A stretch of 36,526 bases of DNA, taken from Gemmatimonadota bacterium. GTDB taxonomy: Bacteria; Gemmatimonadota; Gemmatimonadetes; Longimicrobiales; Gaopeijiaceae. Positions 11,624-20,766 of the stretch are shown in pieces. The stretch's first letter is position 1, and every line of letters begins with the position of its first letter. The stretch is taken from assembly GCA_012959595.1 (NCBI GenBank), contig DUCW01000183.1, forward strand, positions 37,272-73,797, given 5' to 3'. The position numbers were made by a program, and so were the translations under genes. Under the pieces are notes generated by a model that did no database searches, was not told the origin of the DNA, and saw only the letters and a list, made by a program, of their open reading frames with translations.

Positions 11624-12120
11624 ATAGACGTATTTCTCCCGCTGTACAAGGTTCTGAACGAGAACTCAGTCAGCACGGTAGCTGACTGGCTTAAGATTTC
11701 ATATTTTCAATTTTCAAGAGGCATTAATAGACTCTCAAGCTGGACCACATTACACCTGATTTTTCTAGAAAGCAAGCTTATTACAAAAATTGTTGTACAA
11801 ACAACTATTCCTTGTAAGTTACTGCTGTGTAACACTTTACATAATACATATGCTACATATTAATTGATGACCTCAACGTTGTCCACCGTAATCCACTTGG
11901 ATACCTAAGGGAATTTATCACAGAACTATAGAAGGATACTGACTAAAATCGATTTACAATCACAAGGCCCGTTTGGGATACATTCTTGCAGAAATTTTGC
12001 AGTAAATGAAGGCTTGGTTCGAATGAACTGACCTCAGGATGAAACTACTGGTATAGGCTACTAGTCCCATCCTATCGTCCGGCAGGCCAACTCTTCCAGA
12101 AACTATCCCCAACCTGAGGC

Positions 12121-13020
12121 CTAGTGGACAGTCATGACTGAAGTCTTATCGCTTTCTGCATCGTCCCCCGACAAGGTCACAAATCTAGAATTGCGGTCAT
12201 CAAGTGGAATCTGAGAAAGCGTGTTTCTTCGACCGAATGTCGCCAAGTGATGCTCGATAACCTCGTGTCTCTTGGATTCAAACATTTCTAGCAAGCACAT
12301 CAATCCCATCCTAATGGTCAAGCATTCCAGTTGTACACCAGCTAAGTTTGAAGGTACAGCGAAGAGCACTTCATACTGGACAGTGCCACTAGTATGTTGC
12401 ACCCCCGTATATACTATGTCATTCTCTGGAAACGCCTTTAATAGGGCTTGTTCTAATTTTTCGTAGCGATCACTGGAAGGAACAGTAAAAATCAGAGAGC
12501 CCCGATTGTAGTCCAAATTCACCCGAACAGTATCCAGGTCAGCACTCAGGACGATCCTCACCGAGGTGCCTTCGTGAAAATCCAGGTCTTGGCAAATATC
12601 TCTAAAGCCTATTCTAAGAATAGTAGGCCTTGTCAATGGTCCATACCCGACCCTGCTGAGAAGCTTAATAGCCAGGCGCAGAGAATAAGAAGTAAGTTTC
12701 TCCTCCTGGTCTGTTATCAGCCTGTTGATATATTCCAAAGTAGGCTGATGAACCCAATCCAGGACAACTAACTCAGAACTCAAGTCGAGCACCTTTAGCC
12801 TGCCACTTCCTAGATCCAACACTTCCGACGCAGCAGCAAAGCGACCCTCTACGACCAACCCCAAACCTATATCTTGAATGGAGCCTCCCGAGGAAACAGC
12901 CTCGTGAGATTCCCTATACTGGACTACGGCACGAGTTAGTGATAGATCACATACTCCAGGAACATCTGCCATAGCTTCTGGTCTAGACCGCGATTTGAGC
13001 GAGATAACACTTGTTTCCAT
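12121..13020 (-). CDS. hypothetical protein (299 aa, no recognised domain)
   Basis: The ATG at 13020 has GGAGG 5 nt upstream. Composition is balanced and beta-rich, with no TM helix or signal peptide. Confidence 0.6.
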   Translation of the reverse strand: METSVISLKSRSRPEAMADVPGVCDLSLTRAVVQYRESHEAVSSGGSIQDIGLGLVVEGRFAAASEVLDLGSGRLKVLDLSSELVVLDWVHQPTLEYINRLITDQEEKLTSYSLRLAIKLLSRVGYGPLTRPTILRIGFRDICQDLDFHEGTSVRIVLSADLDTVRVNLDYNRGSLIFTVPSSDRYEKLEQALLKAFPENDIVYTGVQHTSGTVQYEVLFAVPSNLAGVQLECLTIRMGLMCLLEMFESKRHEVIEHHLATFGRRNTLSQIPLDDRNSRFVTLSGDDAESDKTSVMTVH

Positions 13021-13288
13021 GCCATCCTCCGATGTTGGACAAAAACCCCAGCTTTGCTGAGAGCCAGGCTTCGTCTGCTACCTACTGCAGTTAGACAATC
13101 TCTGTGAAATTCTGGACCAAGACGATAACAAATCTATAGCCTAAAAGGCAAGGGATACCCGAATCCATCACTAATCCTCATTCCCTTTGAAAATAATGCT
13201 TGCATAGGATCTGACCTTCGCACATCTTCTATTCTAAGAAAATTAGCCCAAGAAACCCCGGCCAGTAACAGACCTAACCGACCACAAA

Positions 13289-13972
13289 TTGATTGATCAC
13301 CGGCGTGAACGCTCCCTTGGATTTCTAGAGTGGGACAATGAAACTTGGTCCTGCTTCCTAGTAAGCTTTATGGGAAAAGACCAGCATTGGTATGGACGAA
13401 TCAAATTCCGTCCAAGAAAAAAACTGGATTTCGGAGACAGTGGTATAGTGGAAACAGCTAACATTTTTATTGAAATTTCCGAATCTGAAATAGATGTTAA
13501 GGCTAGGGGTCTTGGGAGACCCTTGCTTCGATCTCTACTCGCGTCCGCAGTACACAAGCAACAAGTCAGAGAAGAAAGAACTTTCAAGTTAAAACAATGG
13601 TTTGAGGCTAGTCTCAACAAAAAGTCTACAAGCATCAGTAACACCGCTAGTGAATACCTCAGAAATGCAGCCAAACCCGATCAATTTCAGCTCCAATCTC
13701 TATACTCCTCATACAAAATAGACCAAATCTCCCGATTCATTGCACTAGTAGATCACAAAACCTTTGAACGCACTGTCGATCACATCCTCGAAGGGCAAAC
13801 AATTGATTTTAAGTCAGACGATCAACTTCAGCTTGCTTTAATAGTCCTGGAATATATAGAATGCCGACTTCCAATCCCAACCTATACAACTTGGAAGGAA
13901 GATTTCCTATCTAACCGTAGCGAGTATGTGGAGTGTACCCAAACACTCGCCGACGAACCAACACTTCCCTGA
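13289..13972 (+). CDS. hypothetical protein (227 aa, no recognised domain)
   Basis: The ORF has a TTG start, with an alternative ATG at 13370. It is divergent from 12121..13020, and the antisense ORF 13297..13674 looks like a shadow. Composition is soluble and helix-rich. Confidence 0.55.
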   Translation: MIDHRRERSLGFLEWDNETWSCFLVSFMGKDQHWYGRIKFRPRKKLDFGDSGIVETANIFIEISESEIDVKARGLGRPLLRSLLASAVHKQQVREERTFKLKQWFEASLNKKSTSISNTASEYLRNAAKPDQFQLQSLYSSYKIDQISRFIALVDHKTFERTVDHILEGQTIDFKSDDQLQLALIVLEYIECRLPIPTYTTWKEDFLSNRSEYVECTQTLADEPTLP

Positions 13973-14036
13973 TCCACCTTTCACCACTAACTTTGTCTTT
14001 CCTATTTTCAAACAAATTTTGAGGAGTGGTATCACT

Positions 14037-14237
14037 TTGCATGTAACTGTTCAAGACAACGAGAGCCTCGAACGTGCTCTTCGCAGATTCAAACGTAAGA
14101 TCCAAAGATCAGGACTGTATTCCGAATTACGTAAACGTCGATTTTACGAAAAGCCTAGTGCACAGAGAAAAAGGAAGCGCGAGGCAGCTATCCGTCGGGA
14201 AAGAAGGCGGCAACGTAGAACCCCAGTTCACCTTTAA
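14037..14237 (+). CDS. rpsU: 30S ribosomal protein S21
   Basis: The C-terminal part of track ORF 13926..14237 reads [60 protein letters not shown], which matches the S21 pattern (ALRRFKR ... FYEKPS..RKR). I chose the TTG at 14037, which has GAGGAG 9 nt upstream. Confidence 0.85.
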   Translation: MHVTVQDNESLERALRRFKRKIQRSGLYSELRKRRFYEKPSAQRKRKREAAIRRERRRQRRTPVHL

Positions 14238-14314
14238 GCCGACCCGACATTCCATTTTAAAAAAGCATCACAAATCCCTGGCTAATCTACCCGCACTTCA
14301 CCGAGCAGAGATCA

Positions 14315-14358
14315 CCAGCGTGGGAACACCCGGGCTGGCTCGTATCTATTTCTTTTGC
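14315..14358 (+). terminator. candidate rho-independent terminator after rpsU (possibly bidirectional)
   Basis: A hairpin forms from CCAGC-GT-GGG, loop AACA, and CCC-GG-GCTGG (14315..14338). The T-rich tract CTCGTATCTATTTCTTTT follows. It sits between convergent genes. Confidence 0.4.
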
Positions 14359-14816
14359 ACTATAATTCTTCCGTAAGCTGGGTCTCCGTGACCCCTGCTG
14401 ACAAAAATATACCTACCAGGCGGAGCGTCATTGAAATTTAACTCCAGGCAATCCCCTTGACTCATCAACGGTGCGGGAAGGAACTGCTTAGCTTTGGACA
14501 AAAACGAGGCCATTTCTGGAGACAATGAGTCGGACACAAAAGATAAGCTATGCAACCTATGATCCAGAGAAATAAATTTGACAGATTCACCTTCATATAT
14601 CTCAACCTGTGCAGGAAGTAGGTGTTCTTCGTCCCGGGCTCCACCCAACCTCATTACCCTGTAAGATTGGGCTCCAGCCCTCTCTATTCCTTCAGAGCAC
14701 TCCACAGTATTTATACCTGGGGACCAATCGTCTGCCACGCACCCGAACAGAAAGAAAGTCACCAAGGTGCAAGAAAATGAAAGATTCTTTTGGATTAGCA
14801 TCTTAAATTTCAACAT
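14346..14816 (-). CDS. hypothetical lipoprotein, possibly a degenerate cupredoxin-like fold
   Basis: The signal and lipobox read MLKFKMLIQKNLSFSCTLVTFFLFGC. The C-terminus (VEIYEGESVKFISLDHRLHS ... PGRYIFVSRGHGDPAYGRIIV) resembles a cupredoxin strand pattern but lacks the Cys ligand. I prefer the ATG at 14816 over the track start at 14888, which overlaps the upstream gene. Confidence 0.5.
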   Translation of the reverse strand: MLKFKMLIQKNLSFSCTLVTFFLFGCVADDWSPGINTVECSEGIERAGAQSYRVMRLGGARDEEHLLPAQVEIYEGESVKFISLDHRLHSLSFVSDSLSPEMASFLSKAKQFLPAPLMSQGDCLELNFNDAPPGRYIFVSRGHGDPAYGRIIVQKK

Positions 14817-14844
14817 GCCAACCCAGGTTACTCGACCAGAGACC

Positions 14845-15243
14845 TTATTTCGATACAGCGTAGGTGACTCCACATTTGCGGCAGACATACCTATTTCCCA
14901 CCCTATTCAGTAGTTGAATTAAGTGTCTGGGACACTGCAGTTCTTCGCCTCTCTCCATTCTTGTTTGAATATCTTTTTTTTCTACACGCTTCGCCTTTGG
15001 AATTTTCAATAGATAACGCAACGATGACGATCCACATTCTAGGAGGGCTACTCCTGACCCATCTTCTTCAGACTTCACTCGCAACATCTGAAAAAAGCCT
15101 CCTGCTGGCGATGGTAACCGAGCGTTCTCATAATAAGAATCTAATAGGCGTCTCGTTTGAGAAGGAGACAATTTTAGTATCCCTTCGTCAACGCCTCCAT
15201 CACTTCCTGATGTATTAACCATAACAGGCTTCCACTCGGTCAT
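14845..15243 (-). CDS. hypothetical protein with C-terminal zinc-ribbon-like CxxH...CxxC
   Basis: The track ORF is 14845..15252 with a TTG start. An ATG at 15243 gives MTEWKP.... The C-terminus reads LQCPRHLIQLLNRVGNRYVCRKCG. The gene lies 28 nt upstream of the lipoprotein gene. Confidence 0.5.
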   Translation of the reverse strand: MTEWKPVMVNTSGSDGGVDEGILKLSPSQTRRLLDSYYENARLPSPAGGFFQMLRVKSEEDGSGVALLECGSSSLRYLLKIPKAKRVEKKDIQTRMERGEELQCPRHLIQLLNRVGNRYVCRKCGVTYAVSK

Positions 15244-15586
15244 GCGTGACAAATACTGACAAATTCATTCGCAACATCATAGCTTAAACATTAGAGCACT
15301 CCCGTCTCACTTAGGAGTAAGGGCCGACAACATACTGAATGGAGTGAGTACACGCCAGCGGTGAATCTCAAATGGCGCAGAATATAGCCCCACCATTCAT
15401 GCGACTAGAGCTAAGCGATTCAGAGTCAGGACCTCTTCCGTAGACTCTCGAAGCACGAACAGATATTTTGAATTCGGTAAACAAATCAAGACAGATTGAA
15501 ACTGAGGGCTTGTGGATTGACTACTGGTAACACTAAGGCAAGGCAACTAAGTCTATCCACCGAGTAGATATCAATTAGGAGTGTCC

Positions 15587-17179
15587 ATGACTGACCAGAG
15601 CAACCCACAAGCTTTAAAACTTGAAATCTTTCGGCAATTGTTCACGGCACTCACTGAAGAAATGGGGGCTGCATTGAAACGGGCTGCATTTTCTCCCAAT
15701 ATCAAAGAGCGTAGAGATTATTCCTGTGCTCTATTTAATCCTAGTGGAGTAGCAGTAGCTCTTGGTGACCATATGCCAGTCCACCTAGGTGCAATGCCGT
15801 TGAGCGTCATAACAGCCCTCGATGAACTGGGGCCGCTTGCGGAAGGCGATGTGGTATGTCTTAACGACCCATACAGGGGTGGAACCCATTTGCCAGACAT
15901 CACAATGATATCCCCCGTTTTTGAAGCAAACGGATGTAGGCCATTAGGCTATGTGGCATCCCGAGCCCATCACTCTGATGTAGGAGGGATGACTCCAGGA
16001 TCCATGCCATTAGCCCGTGAAATCTATCAGGAAGGAATAATAATTCCGCCAATAAGACTCTACCGATCAGGAAAACTCGATGAAGAAATTTGCTCTCTTA
16101 TCTTAGCAAATGTGCGTACCCCAATTGAAAGGAAGGGAGACCTTGACGCTCAACTAGCTGCCCTCCACACTGGCACTAAACGGTTGCTGGAAATTGTTTC
16201 GAAACACGGAGCTGGAAGCACCCTCTACTTCATGGACTGTCTCATCGAGTATGCAGACCGATTAGTAGCTCTTGGTTTGAATAAGATGCCATCTGGTAAT
16301 TTTGAGGCCCAAGACTTGATGGACGACGATGGTTTCGGGAATATCGATATACCAATTTTCGTCAAAATAGCCCGACATTCGAAGGGGCTCAATGTCGACT
16401 TCAGCGGTACCAGTCACCAGGTGACTGGCGGAATTAACGCAGTAGAAGCTATTACCTCATCTGCCACCAGGTATGTTATCCGCTGTGTCGTCGAACATAT
16501 CCTAGGAGAATCTCTTCCAGCCGGAGGAGGGTCTATGTCTTCCATCAATCTCATTCTTCCAGAAAATTCTATCGTGAATGCTACGCCGCCAGCTAGCGTG
16601 GCCGCTGGAAATGTAGAGACCAGCCAACGTATCACTGACGTATTACTACAAGCTTTCGGGAAAGCTCTTCCTGATATAATCCCAGCCCTCTCCCAGGGAA
16701 CCATGAATAACCTGACCATTGGCGGTAAAGATCCCAGGTTTGATAAACCCTTTACTTACTATGAAACCGCGGGAGGTGGAATGGGAGCAGGGCCTAGTAG
16801 AGATGGTCTCTCGGGTGTTCACACCCATATGTCAAACTCGCTGAACACTCCCATCGAGGCACTAGAACATGCCTATCCTTTCCAAGTTGTACATTATTCA
16901 ATTGTTCGAGGTAGTGGAGGAAAAGGACTATTTAATGGAGGAGATGGACTCCGAAGGGACATAAAACTACTGGCGGACGCAGAGGTAACACTCCTCACGG
17001 AAAGACGTAGACGCGGACCTCTAGGAGCCCAAGGAGGATCAGATGGACAGCCTGGAGAAAATATCCTTATCCGAGATAAGCGAGAAGAAACCTTACCAGC
17101 AAAAACAAACTTCCCAGTCTACACTAACGATATAATCAGCATCCGCTCCCCTGGTGGAGGCGGATGGGGTAAGCCTTAA
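15587..17179 (+). CDS. hydantoinase B / oxoprolinase family protein (HyuB-like)
   Basis: The N-terminus LKLEIFRQLFTALTEEMGAALKRAAFSPNIKERRDYSCALFNPSG ... MPVHLGAM, with DPYRGGTHLPD, is typical of the HyuB family. The ATG at 15587 has AGGAG upstream. The track start is GTG at 15581. Confidence 0.85.
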   Translation: MTDQSNPQALKLEIFRQLFTALTEEMGAALKRAAFSPNIKERRDYSCALFNPSGVAVALGDHMPVHLGAMPLSVITALDELGPLAEGDVVCLNDPYRGGTHLPDITMISPVFEANGCRPLGYVASRAHHSDVGGMTPGSMPLAREIYQEGIIIPPIRLYRSGKLDEEICSLILANVRTPIERKGDLDAQLAALHTGTKRLLEIVSKHGAGSTLYFMDCLIEYADRLVALGLNKMPSGNFEAQDLMDDDGFGNIDIPIFVKIARHSKGLNVDFSGTSHQVTGGINAVEAITSSATRYVIRCVVEHILGESLPAGGGSMSSINLILPENSIVNATPPASVAAGNVETSQRITDVLLQAFGKALPDIIPALSQGTMNNLTIGGKDPRFDKPFTYYETAGGGMGAGPSRDGLSGVHTHMSNSLNTPIEALEHAYPFQVVHYSIVRGSGGKGLFNGGDGLRRDIKLLADAEVTLLTERRRRGPLGAQGGSDGQPGENILIRDKREETLPAKTNFPVYTNDIISIRSPGGGGWGKP

Positions 17180-17197
17180 AATTTTGGAGAAAATCAG

Positions 17198-17596
17198 ATG
17201 TATCTTCAACTCGCTGTTGTGTGTGATGAAGCCAGACAAGTAGAGCATGGAAAGCTAGATATTAGTGGAATTTTCAATGACCTTTCTGCTCCTGGATTTC
17301 CAGCTAAGCACAACATGGTTTTAGTCATGGTCATCCAATGGGGTCACAAAGACGCAGGAGGTTACGATTTCCAAGTGGACCTGGTTGGGCCAGGGGAAAG
17401 ACCGTCGATGACAGTCCAAGGCCAGACCGACGTAGACCATAGAGAACCCCCACGACCTCCACCACGGACGCAGATTATTTTACCCCTCAAAGAAGTCATT
17501 TTCCCAAAAAAAGGGCTCTACAGATTTCATATCCAAGTGAAAGGTCGCTCCCTTGATGGCCCAACTCTTTATCTGGTCGAATCAGAAAAGCAGTGA
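17198..17596 (+). CDS. hypothetical small beta-rich protein
   Basis: 132 aa, starting 18 nt after the hyuB-like stop, with GGAG upstream. I cannot assign a motif with confidence. Confidence 0.55.
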   Translation: MYLQLAVVCDEARQVEHGKLDISGIFNDLSAPGFPAKHNMVLVMVIQWGHKDAGGYDFQVDLVGPGERPSMTVQGQTDVDHREPPRPPPRTQIILPLKEVIFPKKGLYRFHIQVKGRSLDGPTLYLVESEKQ

Positions 17597-17614
17597 TCTA
17601 ACAGCTTCGCGAGG

Positions 17615-18166
17615 CTATGAAAGAACTTTGAGAAGAAGAAGAATGAAAACCAAGGAAGTTCCCAAAAAAGCTTCCCATTCTCTATTAGCCAAGTAGCGAC
17701 GCAGTGAAAACCGCTCAGAAGACCTTCCTACAAATGGTGCCCGGTAGGCGGCAAACCTTGGAACCACCAAAGGAACAGAGTTCGCATAAGTACGATACCG
17801 ATCTCCGAATTTCTTTTCTAATTCAATAGCTTCACAACGAGCTTTAGGTATGTAAACAAACCAGAAAAAAGCCAAGCAAACTAAAACAATTGACACCTGA
17901 CCAGAAGCGACAGTGAAACTCAGACCTATCAGGAGACTTCCTAAGTAGAGTGGATTTCGAGTGTGGGCATAGGGTCCAAGTGTCGTAAGTTCACTAAACT
18001 TGTTAATAAATCCAGCCGCCCAAGATCTGATCCCCAAACCCACCAATCCGACACCAATTCCACAGAAAAGAGAAAAGAAAGAAGGTGTAGATAAATACAA
18101 TAAAACTGGTAGCAACAACCAAACGATCTTCAGTCGAACAGTATCTAAAGAAATATCGACAATCAT
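17615..18166 (-). CDS. isoprenylcysteine carboxyl methyltransferase (ICMT)/phospholipid methyltransferase family membrane protein
   Basis: A multi-TM 183-aa ORF with the family motif GPYAHTRNPLYLGSLLIGLSF. Confidence 0.7.
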   Translation of the reverse strand: MIVDISLDTVRLKIVWLLLPVLLYLSTPSFFSLFCGIGVGLVGLGIRSWAAGFINKFSELTTLGPYAHTRNPLYLGSLLIGLSFTVASGQVSIVLVCLAFFWFVYIPKARCEAIELEKKFGDRYRTYANSVPLVVPRFAAYRAPFVGRSSERFSLRRYLANREWEAFLGTSLVFILLLLKVLS

Positions 18167-18184
18167 TGCTTTAAGGTTTGCAAA

Positions 18185-19036
18185 CTAGTTCTTTTTTACG
18201 GTTTTATCACCGCTATGGATTTGAACGCCCTCCGAGATACTTTCTAGATGTAAAGTCACCGAGCCCACAATCGGAAGCTTTGAACGCAAATATACAAGGT
18301 GCCTAGCCTTATCGTCCGTCAAATAAAGCTCCGCTTCTCCTCCCTCACTAAAAAGCCCACGAGTCTTTATGGTAGGCCGGACTACTATGGTATTAAATGT
18401 TCCGGCCGGTACTTCTACAACCTTTCTCCCTTCCACTTTGATGACTACAGGGTTGCCTTCTCTCTTGAAGTATCGAGGCAGTGTATAAGTTTGACCGACC
18501 TCCAAAGGCAAAGTTCTTACAAAATATAGGAAGGAAATATCATCCAAAGGCAAAGCAGAGGCCAACCTTCCAGTCTCCCCACTCTCAGTCTCTTCCCAAG
18601 ACATTTCTTCTGGATAAAATTCGAACTTACGGTAGCGACTATACGTAAGTTGGTTGACATCACTGATATACCTATGGCTGGATACGGATCTGGTTCCCAG
18701 CCATGATTGGTAATGATCATTAACTTGGACTGCACCAAACAACAAGCTTCCACGAAGTGACATCTCTAAATGGTAGCTAGGTTCTTCCCTTATGGAGTCG
18801 ATGCCTAAAATTTCCATATGCGCAGTGCCAGAGTCCACAATGCCTATCTTGACTTTGTAGGTGAGCCTCTCTCCAGGACCAAATGGAACGACCGCTGCCA
18901 ACGGGTCCACCATGTGTGTAGAGGGTGTTTGATTTTTTGTACATTCCCCCTCAACTGTGCAATCATTAGCCACCTGAGCTGATAGGCCAGTAATGCCCAA
19001 AAATCCTATCGCCATCAGAACCCGGAAAAATAGCAA
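18185..19036 (-). CDS. secreted DUF3108-like protein
   Basis: The signal peptide is MLFFRVLMAIGFLGITGLSAQ (TTG start, GGAG upstream). GERLTYKVKIGIVDSGTAHMEI ... and the beta-rich body resemble DUF3108. Confidence 0.5.
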   Translation of the reverse strand: MLFFRVLMAIGFLGITGLSAQVANDCTVEGECTKNQTPSTHMVDPLAAVVPFGPGERLTYKVKIGIVDSGTAHMEILGIDSIREEPSYHLEMSLRGSLLFGAVQVNDHYQSWLGTRSVSSHRYISDVNQLTYSRYRKFEFYPEEMSWEETESGETGRLASALPLDDISFLYFVRTLPLEVGQTYTLPRYFKREGNPVVIKVEGRKVVEVPAGTFNTIVVRPTIKTRGLFSEGGEAELYLTDDKARHLVYLRSKLPIVGSVTLHLESISEGVQIHSGDKTVKKN

Positions 19037-19048
19037 ATTCTCTCCTCT

Positions 19049-19837
19049 TTAGTTTTCCCAAACGACCTCTTGTCTTACCCTAAGAATACCCCTGAAAGTT
19101 CCAATTGGGCTAAACTTGATCGGGCGAGACATAGACCTATAGCTAGATTCAACAGATATCTCCGAAATCTTACGGGCATAAGGCACCAATGCTCTAAGTA
19201 GCTCTAGATTAGCCAACCAACCCTTGGAAGCGACTAATGACCTTTTCTTGGAAGCATCAAAAGCTTTCTTTAGCACTATCAGCCTATAGGCTCTAAGCCC
19301 AGAAAAAGGATCAGATACAGGCGCTTCATGATAAGCTTTTCCGAGGAGGATTTCTGCCAGGAAACGAGAGGCTTTCCCCAGAAAAAATGGCTTCACATTT
19401 GATGCTACAATACTACCAACTACTACATCGGAACCACCTTCAAGAGCCCGAGCTAGTGCAACGATAGCTTCCGGATTTTCGCTGAAATCTGCCTGTAAGG
19501 TGATCGCGGAATCCCTCTTCGGATATTTCGTGGAAGCGACGGCCTCTCTCAACAATAGTTCAAGTGCTACTGATTTGCCTACGGGTTCATCTTTTCTGAG
19601 TACCCTCAATGGCAACTTAGAACGATATTTTTCTAATACCGCACCCGTTCGATCAGTAGAATTATCATTAAACACCAAGATCTCATAATCACGACCAAAC
19701 TCCGACATTAGACTCCTAACCTTCCAAAGTAACAAGCCGATAGTCTGTTCTTCATTATGTGCTGGTATACAAATGTAGATCAATTTATCAATCCAATTAT
19801 GAGATTTCGAGAGCCTCCTAACAACAAAACCTAACAA
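19049..19837 (-). CDS. family 2 glycosyltransferase
   Basis: GT2 N-terminal motifs are ICIPAHNEEQTIG and ILVFNDNSTDRTGAVLEKY. Confidence 0.78.
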   Translation of the reverse strand: MLGFVVRRLSKSHNWIDKLIYICIPAHNEEQTIGLLLWKVRSLMSEFGRDYEILVFNDNSTDRTGAVLEKYRSKLPLRVLRKDEPVGKSVALELLLREAVASTKYPKRDSAITLQADFSENPEAIVALARALEGGSDVVVGSIVASNVKPFFLGKASRFLAEILLGKAYHEAPVSDPFSGLRAYRLIVLKKAFDASKKRSLVASKGWLANLELLRALVPYARKISEISVESSYRSMSRPIKFSPIGTFRGILRVRQEVVWEN

Positions 19838-19857
19838 GAATCAACTCCTTTACGAAG

Positions 19858-20766
19858 TCACCGATCTCGATTTTTCCATCTTCTATGATGCCACAGATAC
19901 TGATCTGGATTTCTGCGAATTGCTAATCCCAAAAGCTTAGCGTGAGCTTGCGTTAGTTGCTCCACAGCTTCTGCCACATTTTGTTTTCTCGGAACTGAGA
20001 TTTTTTGGAGCTCAAGTCTATACCTGCTCTCGGAATTCGAAATAGCTATTGACGAGGCAAAAAAAAGAGGTGCACCAGATCTCAGTGCCAAGAGTGCACA
20101 CCCTTTCGGTGTATTCGAAGGAACTCCCAAGAAGTCTACTACCACGGACCTCTTCCCTGGACTCTGGTCTCCCAGCCAAGCCGTCACCCTCCCATTTCTT
20201 AAACTTTTCAAAACAGCGTAGGGACCCTGTTTTGATGTAATCACACCAATTCCCATCCTTCTGCGCAAGTCCAGCAAACACTCATCAATGAAAGGATTTC
20301 TCTGGCTCTGGACCACCACATCCACAGGTATCCCTCTCGCTGCTAGGGCTGCTACTCCCATTTCCCAGTTTCCCAAATGACCGGACACAATCATGACTCC
20401 CGATCCCTGCCGCATAGATTCCTCTAGTACTTCTAGACCCTCTATTACTACGTTCTTGCGTAAGCAATTTTCATCCAATTGTGGTGAACGCAAAAACAGC
20501 AAAGCTTCTCTGGCCAAATGTTTATAACTTCTCAAAGAAATTTTATTTTTCCAGTCGGATCCCTTTTCTGGAAATGCAATTGTCAAATGACTTTCCACTT
20601 CCATTTTTCGAAACTTGAACAGTAATGCACACAGATACCCTATACAGTTACCAAGCAGCAGCACTCCACTTACTGGAAGTATCCTGACAAAGAACCCAAT
20701 AATCCTGAAAACGAGAAATTCGCTTGTATTCTTTACATAGTTCTTTACATCGTGGATTGAAAACAT
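19858..20766 (-). CDS. lysophospholipid/lipid A acyltransferase (LpxL/HtrB family)
   Basis: It has an N-terminal TM anchor, the HLGNWE acyltransferase motif, and WLGDQSPG ... VDFLGVPSNTPKGCALLALRSGAPLFF. I prefer the ATG at 20766. The track ORF extends to a TTG at 20820. Confidence 0.78.
   Translation of the reverse strand: MFSIHDVKNYVKNTSEFLVFRIIGFFVRILPVSGVLLLGNCIGYLCALLFKFRKMEVESHLTIAFPEKGSDWKNKISLRSYKHLAREALLFLRSPQLDENCLRKNVVIEGLEVLEESMRQGSGVMIVSGHLGNWEMGVAALAARGIPVDVVVQSQRNPFIDECLLDLRRRMGIGVITSKQGPYAVLKSLRNGRVTAWLGDQSPGKRSVVVDFLGVPSNTPKGCALLALRSGAPLFFASSIAISNSESRYRLELQKISVPRKQNVAEAVEQLTQAHAKLLGLAIRRNPDQYLWHHRRWKNRDR

Noticed and set aside
12016-12024. A GGTTCGAAT T-loop-like motif suggesting a tRNA or tmRNA 3' end.
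   Set aside because: The flanking bases (CTTGG / GAACT) cannot form a T-stem. I could draw no acceptor or anticodon arm, and there is no CCA-proximal structure.
13926-14036. N-terminal extension of the S21 ORF and the overlapping ORF 14074..14376.
   Set aside because: The S21 homology starts only at about 14037, where there is a strong RBS. The extension overlaps the preceding gene, and 14074..14376 is an alternative-frame shadow.
15421-15450. GTCAGGACC with a hairpin, vaguely reminiscent of the SRP (4.5S) RNA conserved loop.
   Set aside because: It lacks the conserved GGAAGCAGCC-type domain IV sequence and the long helix 5/8 pairing.
15511-15561. Two DnaA-box-like 9-mers (TGTGGATTG, CTATCCACC) upstream of the hyuB-like gene.
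   Set aside because: Both are only 7/9 matches. Such matches are expected roughly 100 times by chance in a window of this size on two strands, and there is no adjacent AT-rich unwinding element.
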